From: Dimorphilus gyrociliatus
Lineage: Eukaryota > Animalia > Annelida
Assembly: GCA_904063045.1 (NCBI GenBank)
Contig: CAJFCJ010000028.1
Coordinates: 749,230-813,229, forward strand
Direction of reading: 5' to 3'
Length of the DNA stretch: 64,000 nt
Below are positions 1 to 13,500 of the stretch, in pieces (within the stretch, counting starts at the first letter, position 1; every line of letters begins with the position of its first letter). The notes beneath the pieces are model-generated. The model saw nothing but the letters and a program-made list of their open reading frames with translations, was not told where the DNA came from and made no database searches. Position numbers and translations under genes: made by a program.

Positions 1-1206
1 TCCTATTCTAAATACCATATTCGTATAAGAATAATTCCTATATAAGAGAAAAAAAGAAAAATTAATAGCAATTTAAATATTAGTTAAAGGGCTTTCGGCT
101 GAGCTGTCATTAATTTTAAAATTATTTCTTTACCTAAGAGTGAAAAATGATGAAAAAGTATATGATAAAGTTTTTTTAAGAGGATGAAAAATATTCATAT
201 TAAAGAGAAAAAAGTTTTAATATCCTAGATTACTAATTGATTTTTCAACTTGGAGAAAGTTACTTTGCAACCTGTGCAGAAGTAAAAGCTGCTACAGTAG
301 TGATAAATGTTGTTATCAAAATATTCGAAAGCTTTGGTATATATGTATTTAGGCCTAGTAGCTTAGATGAGTGATACAGGCTTGAAATGATTAGAAATGA
401 TAAGATAACCTTTTAAAACCTCTTCATTATGTTTTCTGTACAGATATATAACTTTCTCATCAAAATATATAATTCATAATTTTAACTACCATGCTATATC
501 TTAGCTATGAGATATTTAGCATAAAAGAGTGCGTTAGACATAACAATTGCCTATTTTACTAAACGACCATAAGATAGCTGTCTAATCCGTCTAATAGCTA
601 AAAGAAATATATATAAAAAGAAAGAAATAGTTATTCAGATCTAACAAAACATTAAATACCTAAATTTGAAAAAGTCCTATTTAATTGGGATTAAATATTC
701 TATTTTATACTATGTGGAAATAAAATAAGACAGAAGAGAAGTTTCTTTAAATTGTGTTTTTTCCAGTAAAGATAAATGTTTTTTGGGTATAAAATTACTA
801 ATTAAAATAAAAATAGGATGACAGGGAATACGAACAAAGAAGGAGGTTGATATTGTATTGTTTTACAACAAGATTCTCTTCTACCGCAATCTAAGTAAAC
901 AAATAGTTTACTAAGTAATTCTAATACAAGATTTGTAAGTAATTGGAATAAAATATGAGAAATAGAAATTTCATATACCCAATAATCATTTATCCTCTTT
1001 CACTATCATCTTCTACCCCCTTTCCCTGCTTCTCCTGTTCGTTTACCTATAGCCATACTTTTCTTTATAAAATAAAGAAGCTAGTTCATTGAGATTCTCA
1101 TTGTAATCAAAACCTAGTAACACATCCCAAAGGACTATATCCCTTGCATCGAAAATCTTTGAAGTTGTTACACCATTGTAAAAGTAAAAGGGCACACTAC
1201 ATATCA

Positions 1207-1211
1207 ATATA

Positions 1212-1261
<50 letters not shown>

Positions 1262-1264
1262 TAT
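1207..1264. repeat. (TA)n microsatellite
   Basis: About 20 consecutive TA units. Confidence 0.95.
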
Positions 1265-1370
1265 GAGATGTTTCTATTTCATCTAATATGTTGGGGAGCG
1301 CTATAGGCCTTTTATATAACCGGAAATAAAAAATCGGAACTATATAATAAAAGAGAAATGTCCAACAAAC

Positions 1371-4300
1371 CTTAAACGGCGAAAATGACTTGCTTTTTCG
1401 CTCTGACTTTTTAGTATTCTCATGAGACTTTTGTACGGCTTTATCTATCCGACTTTGCGACAATTTGCGAACTGGGTTTGTCAACCACCGGAAAGAGCTA
1501 CGCTTTTTCTGGGCAGGACTAGACACATTTGCTGGGCAACTCGCGGTATCGCTATTTGTTTCTGTTTAAAGTGAAAAAAACATAAAAAAAATGATTTAAA
1601 CATCTATCCAAAGTTTTTGTTAGTGTGAGGAGTATGCAGTATGTTCCAAATATATATTAAAATGTCTTAATAAGTTAAAACTACCGTCGTTTTCCATATT
1701 GCTTGACAATCGGACGTTCGGCAATTGTTTCAAAGCGGTCATCGGCACAAGGCCTTGGTGTTCATTTCCGGTTGCATCGAAGGAATTAATTGGCTGAAAA
1801 TGGCGGAAACAATTTGAATAATTTAAGGAAAAGGAGACGTATTACCGTCTTAATTAATTTTGCCTTAATATAACAAAAAATATTTAATGAAATAATATAA
1901 CTTTTATCTGGGGAACTTGAAGAATGAATCTTGTTTTAAACTAATTAATTTTATTATAATATTCAAACAAACTTAAAATATTCTTTACAAATAACCAAGT
2001 ACATTCATTATATATTAAAAGAATCATAAAACATAAACCTTGCTTCTAGTTTAAACGGTAACGACTAAATTGCTATATTACGAACAAATAAGATAAAAGT
2101 AATCCCAACTATACAAGCAATCGTCCAGGCGAAGTCGTACTATTAAACTATATTATTTCGTTTGAATAGCCAATTGCACCTGCTGTACTTCAGTTTACTT
2201 TTTTTCGTGTTAGGAATAGGCCTATTTAGGTACTAGCCTTTTTTTGTCAACAGATACGTAAAACAAAAGGAAAACAAAGAAAAAATATCCTTTACTAATT
2301 AGAGTTTAACACTTCGCAAAACATTCAATTAATAGTATTTTAATATTTTGATAGTATTAAAAAGTAAACAGGGCATCGAAAAAAAAAAACTACAGCAATG
2401 CCATCTTTAATCTATATTGTTAATATTTTTTTGAATTTAGCAAATATATAAGAAAACGTAATATTTGAACATTAAAAAAAATGTTTAATACGAATATATG
2501 ACAGACTATTGTCCCTTAAGGTTAGAGAAATAGATCAATTGCTAATCAATAACGGTAGAAAAAATTTATTTTGCTGTTATATTACTTCTACAAATAAATA
2601 AAAAAAATACAGGTCTTTTTCACCTATTAATTATGAAAAGAGTAATTTATGGATAGTTTATTTATAATTATTTTCAGACTACCAAGAAAGACCTTCAAAA
2701 TATAATAAAAAAATGAAAAATAGGTAAGAAAAACCCCCTAGAAAATATTAATAGAAAAAAAAAAGGTTATAAGACCGACTCAACATCCTCAAGATATTTG
2801 AATAGTACTCCATGAGAGCAATGACTGCTGTACAAACAAATGCGGGACAATTCTCAAAGGCAAAAGTGTGTTTATAGTATTGCAGTAAAAATTTAGTTAG
2901 TAAAATGAAAACTAAACAAGCATTCGAAAGTAAAATATAACAAAATTTCTTTTCTTTTATTTACTTCCTTATCAAATCATTCTATAAGTGAATAGAATAA
3001 AGAAATAGGATTAAATTAAAGATTCTTTTATTCAACTGTAAAGACGAGAATAAAAGAAGAAAATCTTAAGGAACGGAGTATAGTAAACTTAATATTACTT
3101 GCCTAACTGAAAAAAATTAATATTCCCTTTCCTCTCTTCTTCTTATTTACATTAAATGGAGATATTATATCGTATATCAGTATGTTATATATAAGTATAG
3201 TTAAAAATAAAATCGAAAAGAGAATATTATTTATATCTATTGTCTTATAAAGTAGAAATTAGCTAATGGTTAATTTTTATGCAATATCTATATATAGTAA
3301 CATATACAGTATACAGGATATATATATATATATGTGCTGTATATATAATAATAAAAGAATACCGTATAATAAATATTCTATTGAAATACGCAGTATATAA
3401 ATAATTTTTTTTTAATATCCTTCTTCTAAAAACATATAACTAATTTAGGATAATAAAAAAATCCTAAAAGCATCCAACGAAGGTTATATCAGCGATTATC
3501 TTCAGTAATGTAAATTTAAGCTAACAGATGTTGTATTGCAGTATAATATGTCTAACTCCACGTCTTAGTAAATTAAATCTTGAGAATACGTTAAGTTAAA
3601 TATTTTGCCCACAGAATTTTTATCTTCCTATTATTAGTGGTCCAATCGACAACATTCGAGTGTTGTTGAGAATACTTTAATAAACTTTTTATATAATTTA
3701 ATTATCTTTGCGAATAATATCATACTAGAAAAGAAAAAATTGTTACCTTAAGAACACCAGATGCCGACAATGTTCCAGGGGGTAATAATTTGACTAGGAC
3801 GTATTCACCAGGTGGCGAAACTGATGGCGCCGGATCAAGTAATTCAACGTGTTCACCCGGTCGTACTATAAATAAATACGACAAAATGAATTTTTACACG
3901 GAAAAAGACGTCGGTTAAAATTTTAGGTTGACATACGAACCGCTTAGCTGTCCGCTACCAGGTGGCGCTCTGTGTGATATGACGACGACGTAGATTGGAG
4001 CTGTTAAGGCTTTCTGTTGACTAGTATGAGTTGCGGAAGAAACCTAAAATAAAATTTAAGGAAATTAATGTCAATTTTCTATACAGCTATATATTTTTAT
4101 ATCAAATATATGCAAAGGAATACATACTGTATACTGTATATATATATATATATATACAGTAGTATATCTAGTGTTTATATACAGTATATTGCGTAGCATG
4201 GTGTCTAATCGTATCATTCAAACGACCTTGAATAATTTTTTATACTTTGCTACAACCCTTACTGAAAGCGATTGCAGTAAAAAGGAAATCGAAATACAGT

Positions 4301-5534
4301 ATACATTAATATATACTTAAGCTTTACTTTCTTTATTATGACAAATATATCGCTAAAGATGTAGAATATTCTCGTTTCTAGGCTATTATTAATTATTAGT
4401 TTCAATTAGTAACCGATATCTTCTTTTATTTTATACAATAATTACTTTCATATTTTATATGTTAAAACGTTTGATATATTCTTCGTTACCTTTGTTATTT
4501 ACAGTTGTTTTATCACGAATTAGTTTAAAACCTATATCTCATTTTTCCCTTATTTCTTCTCTTAAAAAAAACAGCCCTATCTTTTTTTTTTTATTTTTTA
4601 AAGTATATCTCTTTCTTTTTGCTTTTTCCAATTCCTTTAATTAAATCATTTGTTGTTTCCGTTCGTTCATAGTCCAATTTGTTCTTTCCTATTTTACAAT
4701 GAAAGGAGGAAGGAGAAAGCGTCAAGCTCGAATTTAAATTAATTAACCAAAACAAGACTGATAATTATATTATTGTGTACTACGTATAATTTTACTTATA
4801 TAAATTACGAAGGTTACCTGTATATGGACGCTAGTCCTCAAGATATGTTTTACACATGTCTCAAGCTCCTAATTAGTTATTATACTGAACTAGTTATCAA
4901 AAAGGGTTGTATTTCTTTTCGCAGTTAGTATCTTTTAACGTTGTTTAAGTTCTTACACTAAGAAAATATAGAGGTTTCGTTGTACTCCAGTTCATAGAAG
5001 ACAAAAAAAAACATACAATTTTTTATAATAAGAAGTGCAATATATTTGTAATTATACTCGGCTCTAGTAGACGCTGTACTTTTATATTAGAAATATAGAG
5101 ACGCATATACTATATATGCAAAACTTACTGTATATTAAATAAGTTTAAAAATTAAAAAAGAACCGTCCAATACTAATATTTTATTAGAAAGATGATTTTG
5201 CTATTACTAAAGGGGAAACTCAAATCGTGCTGTAAAGAAAGTAATATCTAATAGAAAATCTTGTTCTTTTTCTAATAATTTCTTAAAAACATATATTATC
5301 AATAAATTTTTACATTTTCCTTTTTGTTTTCTCTTGATATTGAAGAGAGAAAAAAAACAGTAAATTGATACTTTTTAGTCGACCTATAAATCAACAAAAA
5401 CCCTCTTAGAGTTGATAGAAAAGAATTAAAAATTTGTCTATACAATACATACTGTATATATATATATATATTTTAATTTATTCAAAGTATTTCCCCCCTA
5501 AGATGAGTGGAAGAAGAAGAGAGAAAAAGAGGCC

Positions 5535-5568
<34 letters not shown>

Positions 5569-6421
5569 AAGCAATTTTCCTTTTCAATTTTTTTCTTTAC
5601 TCTTTTTCCACCCATTCAGTAACCTACTCCTAAGCTTAGTATAGAGAATTTTCGTTAAATGCTGTATTACTTGGAAATATTACTAATTTAAAAATATCGA
5701 GTTTGAAAAGATAGAATAAAGAAAAAAATAGGAATAAATTGGTATCTTTTTTCCTTGAATACAAGAAAAAATTGGAGTTGGGTTTTCATTAAATTACAGT
5801 TTTCTTGCCAGGATTCTTTCCAAAAATTTTATGTATCAGTCTAATAATATACGTGTAAAATTAATATTTGTCTTTCAACAACAGTATATATGAGATAATA
5901 TAATGAGATTTTTTTGAGCTTAATCGGACAAGAGTTGTCTACTAAACAGGATAATAGAGAGTAGAATATACATAGGTAGATAGCAGAGGCAAGATATTAG
6001 TACAATAAAAAAAAAACATGGAGCGCACCTCTTACCTTTCCGTTCAATTTTACTTTTAGAAAAATGCTATTAATTAAAATAGGATGCTATGTAAACAAAT
6101 ATTCCATTGAAATATTTGAATAGACCTCCTTAGTAACGTTTATTTCCAATATCTTAATATGACAAAGAAAGAGATTCTGGAGAATGATTGATAAAATAGA
6201 AACTTCGCTTTTCTCTTTTTCTTTTTGTATAAACTAGGTTAAATGATTTCTTTTTAAGCTCAAGAAAAAAAATTGTCTTACCATTTATCTTTTAAATCGC
6301 CGACAATAAGTTACACAATCAAAAGAATTATTCGACTAGACTAAGCAATTACATCAGTAGATTTCTTACATACAAGATAAATATAGAGTTTGTACATGGT
6401 TAACATACTCCGTAGAGGGGA

Positions 6422-6491
<70 letters not shown>

Positions 6492-9400
6492 GAGTTAGGA
6501 AGAAATAAAGAGCCGTGTGTGAGAAATTTTAAAAAACCGGGTTAATTAACTTGCTTTTACTGTAGTATACTTACAGTTTATAATGAGTTATAGATACACG
6601 TTATATTAGCTCTCTTTCTCTATAAATAAATATATATATTTATATATATATATATAGTATATATATTCTAATTCATGTACATATAAACCGTTACAAGATA
6701 CCAAACATATTAAACCGAAGCAAAACGTTTGCATGATTCAACTACATTTTTAATTGAATTTTGTTAATTAAGAATTAAAAAGCTATGTAAACTACTGTTA
6801 AATTTTTAATTATACTCATCTATCAGATCATTCGATCAATATAGGCTAAGATCTTTTTTAAAAAGAAAGGATCAACAAAACATGCTACAAAGACGTGAAA
6901 CGCAATTTATTACTTTTAGCCTATCTGGTAAAAATTTAACTCCTCTTAAAAAAAGCGTTGCAAAGTGAACGATATAATGGCTTTACCTCATCTCCGGAAT
7001 ACGAACAATCCGTAATGTCACTAATTTCTGCGTCTAAACTCTCAGATTGCGTTCTAGAACCAAAATCCCTTCGTTTTTTCAAGCGTAAAGCTCGTAATAC
7101 AAAAGATCCCCAACTGTGCATATTGTTTGTCACATTACCAACCAAACAGTATTTTTTATTCTACGAAACGGTACAAACTCGCAAAGTGTGTATGCAGACA
7201 GTCCGACTGCACTATGCAGCCTAACAAACGCCAAACGCACTATATTTACGCGGTAGGCCGTGCTTTTTCTATTACAAACTATGGTTTGTCTGACTTAAAA
7301 TGAGCATCTATATATTATTTCAAGATTTTCTTTCTCTTTACGGCTTACTAGTTTCAGAAATCATGACTAAAAGTCATCAGGATATAGTCACTGGGAAATT
7401 TACGTTGTCAATTAAAGGAAATAGACATACTTAATAAATGCTATAAAAGACCAACTTTATACCGGTAAAAAGAACCGGAATAGTTAAGAGACGAAAGGAA
7501 AGTAAAGGATATTATAGAAAATGTTTACCGTAAGATTTTAACAAACAATGGAAAAAACTTACCGGATAGTTCCATAACCAGTACAAAGACATTATATAAA
7601 AATCGTGTCACGACTCATCGTGCTCTTTCAGGTATCTCTTTTTCAATATTATCCCGATAAGGAGCTTATCTGACTTTTTTAAAATTACACCATTGGATAG
7701 TAAACACAAATGACAAACTATGGAGAGATCAATAAAAAATATACACTCGGTATGCTCTAAATGGAGAATCGAAAGCAATTATCGACACGAATTGCGGAAG
7801 AGAAAAATAATAAAAAACATATTCTGCTGACAAACTTTCAAGCACAGTATTTATACTTACAATTGAAGAAACTTTCAAATAAATGATATTAAATTAGATA
7901 AGTAACAAAGAGAGACGAATGGAAAGTATTAACACTCCTTTATATGGAATAATTTTTTATACAAAAATAAGTTACGCCAACTAACTTGACAAACTGTCAA
8001 TTGGCTCTTAGTATAAATTGACTGTAATTATCAGATAGCGGCAAACAGTCAACATAATGAATGATAAAATTGTCGTAGGTGGACAAACTAATCAAAAAAC
8101 GCCTATACATCTCATATGCCTAAGCAGAATACAAACCGTCGAGTAGCGTCCAGTCGTCTAAGTGCAAACTTAATGGTGACACTAGCGCCACCGTCAAACG
8201 GTTTTTACCCGTTCTGTTTTAAACCATACAATTTTACAAGACAAATACCTTTGGTATGTCTTTGAGTGGCAAACTCCTATCAATCTGTGGCCTTATCGAT
8301 CCTAATAGTAGCGCCCCCTACAATATATACCATTTTAAGGCGTACAAGAATTACACACGCTTCAAGGTTTTTCACGCAAATTAGAACTTGGACACATTGA
8401 GGAATTTTTCTCTTTCAGTTGACTAAGTAACGTTTAGACAGAACTATATCCAAGCAATTTATATATGTATAGTAAAAGAGTTTGTTATATCAACAATAGT
8501 TACAAGTAAAAAATTGCTTCGCTATTGTTAAAACTTTCAAGAAAACTTTATGCTAAACCAAGTTTTACTTCTTCATTTTCTAGAGATGCTCCTTATGCAT
8601 AAATTAAATAAGTAGTCTAATCAAGTAGGAAGGATATCATCTAACAGTAGCAATATTATATGACACTCCAAATTTCCATTATTTTTAGATAAACCGATTA
8701 GCTACGACTACAACTATTAATTACAAACTCCCTCTGCATATGTAAACATTTGAGATATACTGCATAGTATTTTATACATATCTAATATACTAATATATAC
8801 AGTATATATATACGATATAAATCGTTTGAAGCGAATGATTGCGATAAACTTTGGTGACATCTCTAATAGCTAGAAGACGATTTCTAGCAATCAGTCTACT
8901 TTTTACTTACCCTCAAATCGGATGGAGGTGGTGGTAAGCCGCAAAGAGATCCTCCAGAGTCAGACGTACCAGTGGACGCATTTGTATTTACTGATGTCAT
9001 TGAACCTGCTTGCAACCTTGACGAATCAAGACCGAGATCATCAACTGAAATGGAGTCATCCAATTCTCTTGAAATACGACGTAGTGAGGAAAAGACATGC
9101 TCCTGAATGAGTTCGCGCAACTTTTTAGTCCAAGCTAATTTTGTGTCCAAAGAAGGCGCCTAGAGTGGATAAATCGTAATCAATCAATTTCGATTAGGGT
9201 AAGGTAGTTCTTGGACAGATAACCTTTAAAATGATTTTATTATCAGACAAATTTGACGTGAGAGTGATAGCAAATTTGCATTGGTCGCCTTCTATGTGTT
9301 CCTTGATATGATTGCCCATTTCATTTATCTATTTAAAAAGGGAATAAAGCTATTTAATATTTTCACAAAACTTTCCAATTTATCAAATGCGGTATAATGT

Positions 9401-10463
9401 AGGCCTTATACAATATTCATATACCAATTGTAAGCTCTTTAAGAAGACCTAATGCAAGAAAAGACTGTCATCTAAATTTTTGAACAGATGAGTCTCAGTT
9501 AATATATATTTCTGTGCAAATTTATGATAGATTAGGTTTAAGTAGAATTCTATCGATTTATGGAAAAACTATAATAAACTAGGTTTAATTCGTTTCTGTT
9601 TTTTTTTGTAGTTAACTATAAAGTCTATATCAATCAATGATTGACATGCTCCTCTACAGTAAAATGTTGTTGGTATACCAACACCTTTTATTTCAAGCAG
9701 AGAATATTAGTATTTTTAAGTACATCTCAACAAGTTTATACAAACCATTAACTTGAATTTGTAGCTATATTTAGCCTTTCCACTATTATCCAGACTCTTC
9801 TTGGCAAAAACTAAGCAGACGTCGAATAAAAACAGATGCCGCTCCTTTCCCTTTTTTATTAACTGTCTTTGATCCCATGCCGTAAATGAGTCTTGTAGAA
9901 TAACGTCACCGAAATATTCATGCTTTATAGAAGAAAAATAGAATAAAAGTTTACTATTAATAAACAATCAGCATCAAACAATTTATAATCAATTAAGAAA
10001 TTAATGCTGAAACATAGAAATATACATTTAAATAAAAAAAAACAACCAATTATAAGAGTTAAGGTAGTATTATAATACTATAATTGATTTCTCTTTTCTT
10101 TTATATGCATAGGATAAAAATAGATAACGAAAAGAATATATAAAGTAGAAAACTGTAGATTTACTTTTATAGTTATTTTTAATTATAGCAAAAAAAACAA
10201 GGAGAGAGATTCATGAAAATAACAAAAATTATAGAAGCAATAGCGTGAAACTTCTAAGAAACTTAAATCCATTTTGTACAGTAAGGATAATACTGGTTTT
10301 TTTCTCTCTCTCCCTCTTTCTGCAACAATACGAACGAATAGATGATTTTTCTAACATGTTTAAAGATATTACAGCCAATTTCATAAAAAGAACTATCTGT
10401 GTTTAAAAATAGAAAGTGTACAGTAGCCTTCTCTGTCTCTGTCTCTCTGTCTATGTATCTATC

Positions 10464-10508
<45 letters not shown>

Positions 10509-13500
10509 AGCTACAGCAAGTTTCCTTTCCATTCCCCTAACAGGTCCGGAAAAGGTAAAGGTAAAAATACTTGCAAACAATTAATAAAATAATTTACATC
10601 AACACTAGATTCTCCTATGAATGTTATTTGTTTAGACAGCATCGTTAGCCAACTGTCTCCGGAAATTACACTCAAAAAACAACTAACCAAATTGCGATGA
10701 CAATATCCAAAAATCAGCTTTAACTTGGACATGAAAGGTATTAAACTATCATATAAAATAAGAAAATTTAATGTTATAAGCACATTAATTAAGAGTCTCA
10801 TTAAAATGTTATAGCACTTTACTTTTCTTATAAAGCTTATGCCATTCCCATTTAGAGAGTATTATAACGAATGCAATTATAAATGAATTCTTATATAAAA
10901 ATATATTGCTAATTACGTGAAAATTGGCCAAATTTTCTTTTTTTTAAGCAGTCTGTGAAACTGTTTTCTTTTTTTTATACAATACAGAGAGATCTTCCAT
11001 TGATGGAACAAATTGAATTTAAAAGTGCATTCTTTCTCGTCTTCTCTTCGATTAATAGGGTAATAAGCAACTGGCGCAGATACTTTGCTACAAAAGAAAT
11101 CTGTTTTGTTTTTGTCCTTAAATCAGGTTACATAAAAAGCAAACTTCTTATTTTATGCTAAATATAAGTTTATCAGATAATTTACAGCTTTAAAACCCAA
11201 CAGTAGAGATGCAGTTTTTTTCGATTTCATCCCCTCTGTCTTCCTGCCTAATAGATGTCGTTTTTGGCATCATTAGATGTAATTTAAAAACAGCGAAAAA
11301 AGACAAACTAAATATCCCATAGAATGAAATTTGATACATATACACATTTAATGAACATTGTACATATATATTATACAAGTTAAAAATCGCCTCTATAGTA
11401 CAATAACGCCACCTATTATGTGGATAAAATAAGTAAATTACAAATATAATTACCTGTTCGTAACCGTCTAGCATACTAAAATGTAAAGCGTCATTAGCTC
11501 TTTTAGGAACATTGAGCATCACTTCTAATCCTTCCTATAGGCGGGAAAAGAATTATTTAATAGGCTTATATTATATAAAACTCAAGATGAAGAAAACTAC
11601 TTTTAACTCTCCCTTATCTTCATCACAACAGGAGAGCAAATCTTTTAACAGTAGCTGGTATTTAGTGATTCTCTGAACAGGCTTAATAAGATACGAGGAG
11701 AGAGGGGCAGGCAAGTTTTGCTTATATTGTAATTTCTACAAAAGATATATTCAATTAAGGATAAAATGATGAATCTTCAATAAAAGCCTTTACCTCAAAA
11801 TAATCAAATGCACAATTAACCAAACAATGATTAGAGTCTGGTTTATTCTTACAGTACGTAACATATATTGAGAATTTTTTGGCCCATGTGACAAAACAAT
11901 GACCAACGTCTTCTGGAATACTTTCATACTTTTCCAATTCTTTTAGGAAAATGCTTTAAATAAAAAAGGAAAATATGTAATCTTTAGATAATACTCAAAC
12001 TTCTATAAATATATATAATACATATTAGTTAATAAAGCGAATTAGTTTATTATTTACCTTTGATGAAAAGCATAAATATCTTCGATATTCGAGAATAGAA
12101 TATCAACTTTACCGATTAAACTAGTTGGTATATCCTGCATCGTTTCAAGTTGACGTTTATAGCACTGAATCAGTGAAAAGGACTTTAGAATTATTGGGAA
12201 CTACGTACATCGACATTAAGTATTGTAATCAACTTGGCTAATATTAGTCCAAACCTTATTAACACTCTTAATCATTTATATACATTTATATATATATAAA
12301 ATTTGACGAAGCTAATTAATTAATAACTAACCCTTATACAAGTATTTAAGTCATCAACATAAACCCTTTCAGTTTGAATTAATTCAGCAAGAATAAACTC
12401 TCGTTTTCTAGCTGATTTTCTTTTGGCTTCATTTATTTTGGACGCGGATTGTTGAATTCTTTCCTCTAGTGTACGATCAGACGTTTCACTAGATAATGAA
12501 CTTTTTTCTACAGCTTCAGCTTCTTCAGGAGATTTCATACTAGAGTCATCACCATTGATTTGAGATTCTAATTTAACCCTGTATTGTTTCATTTTGGCGC
12601 AAAATTCTTTATATTTTCCATCTACAGCTTTAACCCAATACGAAAATTGAACAGCGTGAGAATGTCCACTTTCTAGTGTAGATTTAGCAATTTGTCGTAA
12701 AAGTAGAACTTTTTCATGAGTTTCCTAATTATTAAAAAATAGAAAAGCAAATATTTAAATAAAATTAATTCAAATGCATGTAAAGCTTTATGTAAAAATA
12801 TGTAATCTATTAAATTCTTCATAAATCAATCAATAGATTTCTTTTCCCTTTAAAAAAAAAGAAAAAAATACTAAAGAAAAGCATTAAGTAAGTTAGCTGT
12901 TTCCTTTTTCTTATTTTCTTTTTGATGGAATTAGGAAAGCGAATTTTTTGATCCTTAATATAAGAAGCTCGTAAGAAATAAGGTAGGTGAAGGATTATTT
13001 AAAGCTGATAGCATTTTTGAAGCTCAATTTTTCCGTAGTTAAATATCAAGTATTTAGCCGAACACTATACTGACTTAAAGCTTATTTTGACCTTAAAAAA
13101 TTGAAAGGGTCATAAAAAAGAAACAAAGAAAAAAAGATATAAAAACAGACTTTTTGTTATTTTGATATCTTTTTTTTTTGCTTTGTTTAATCAAATAGCT
13201 TTAGCTTTAAGTTTATGAATAGTAGTAGCTAAAACAGAATAAAAAACTTTTTACAAAGCATAAGGACTTATTTTTCTGTGGTAAAAAATAAAGCTATTTC
13301 ACCTCTTTCACGCAATAACTGCCTAAAATCTGAAATATGAAGTTTTTTGCCTAAAAACTTTTATACAATGTGACAAAAATAAACCCGAAATAATCAATTT
13401 GAAAACGTTGAATTGACCTACTTTGCAATTTGATTTAAATTCATTATGTTCGTTTAAAAGTCTTGAAGCATCTTTATCACTTTCATTAAGATTTGACGTT

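Noticed and set aside
1043-1258. 71-aa minus ORF ending at a donor-like TATAG|gtaaac
   Set aside because: Starts in a (TA)n tract; the only plausible acceptor gives a stop in the phase needed after exon 1371; no recognisable homology.
10263-10801. Overlapping ORFs in the Trio DH1-PH1 intron
   Set aside because: Partly microsatellite-derived, and the flanking exons 11454 and 9922 already join in frame with the expected Trio sequence.
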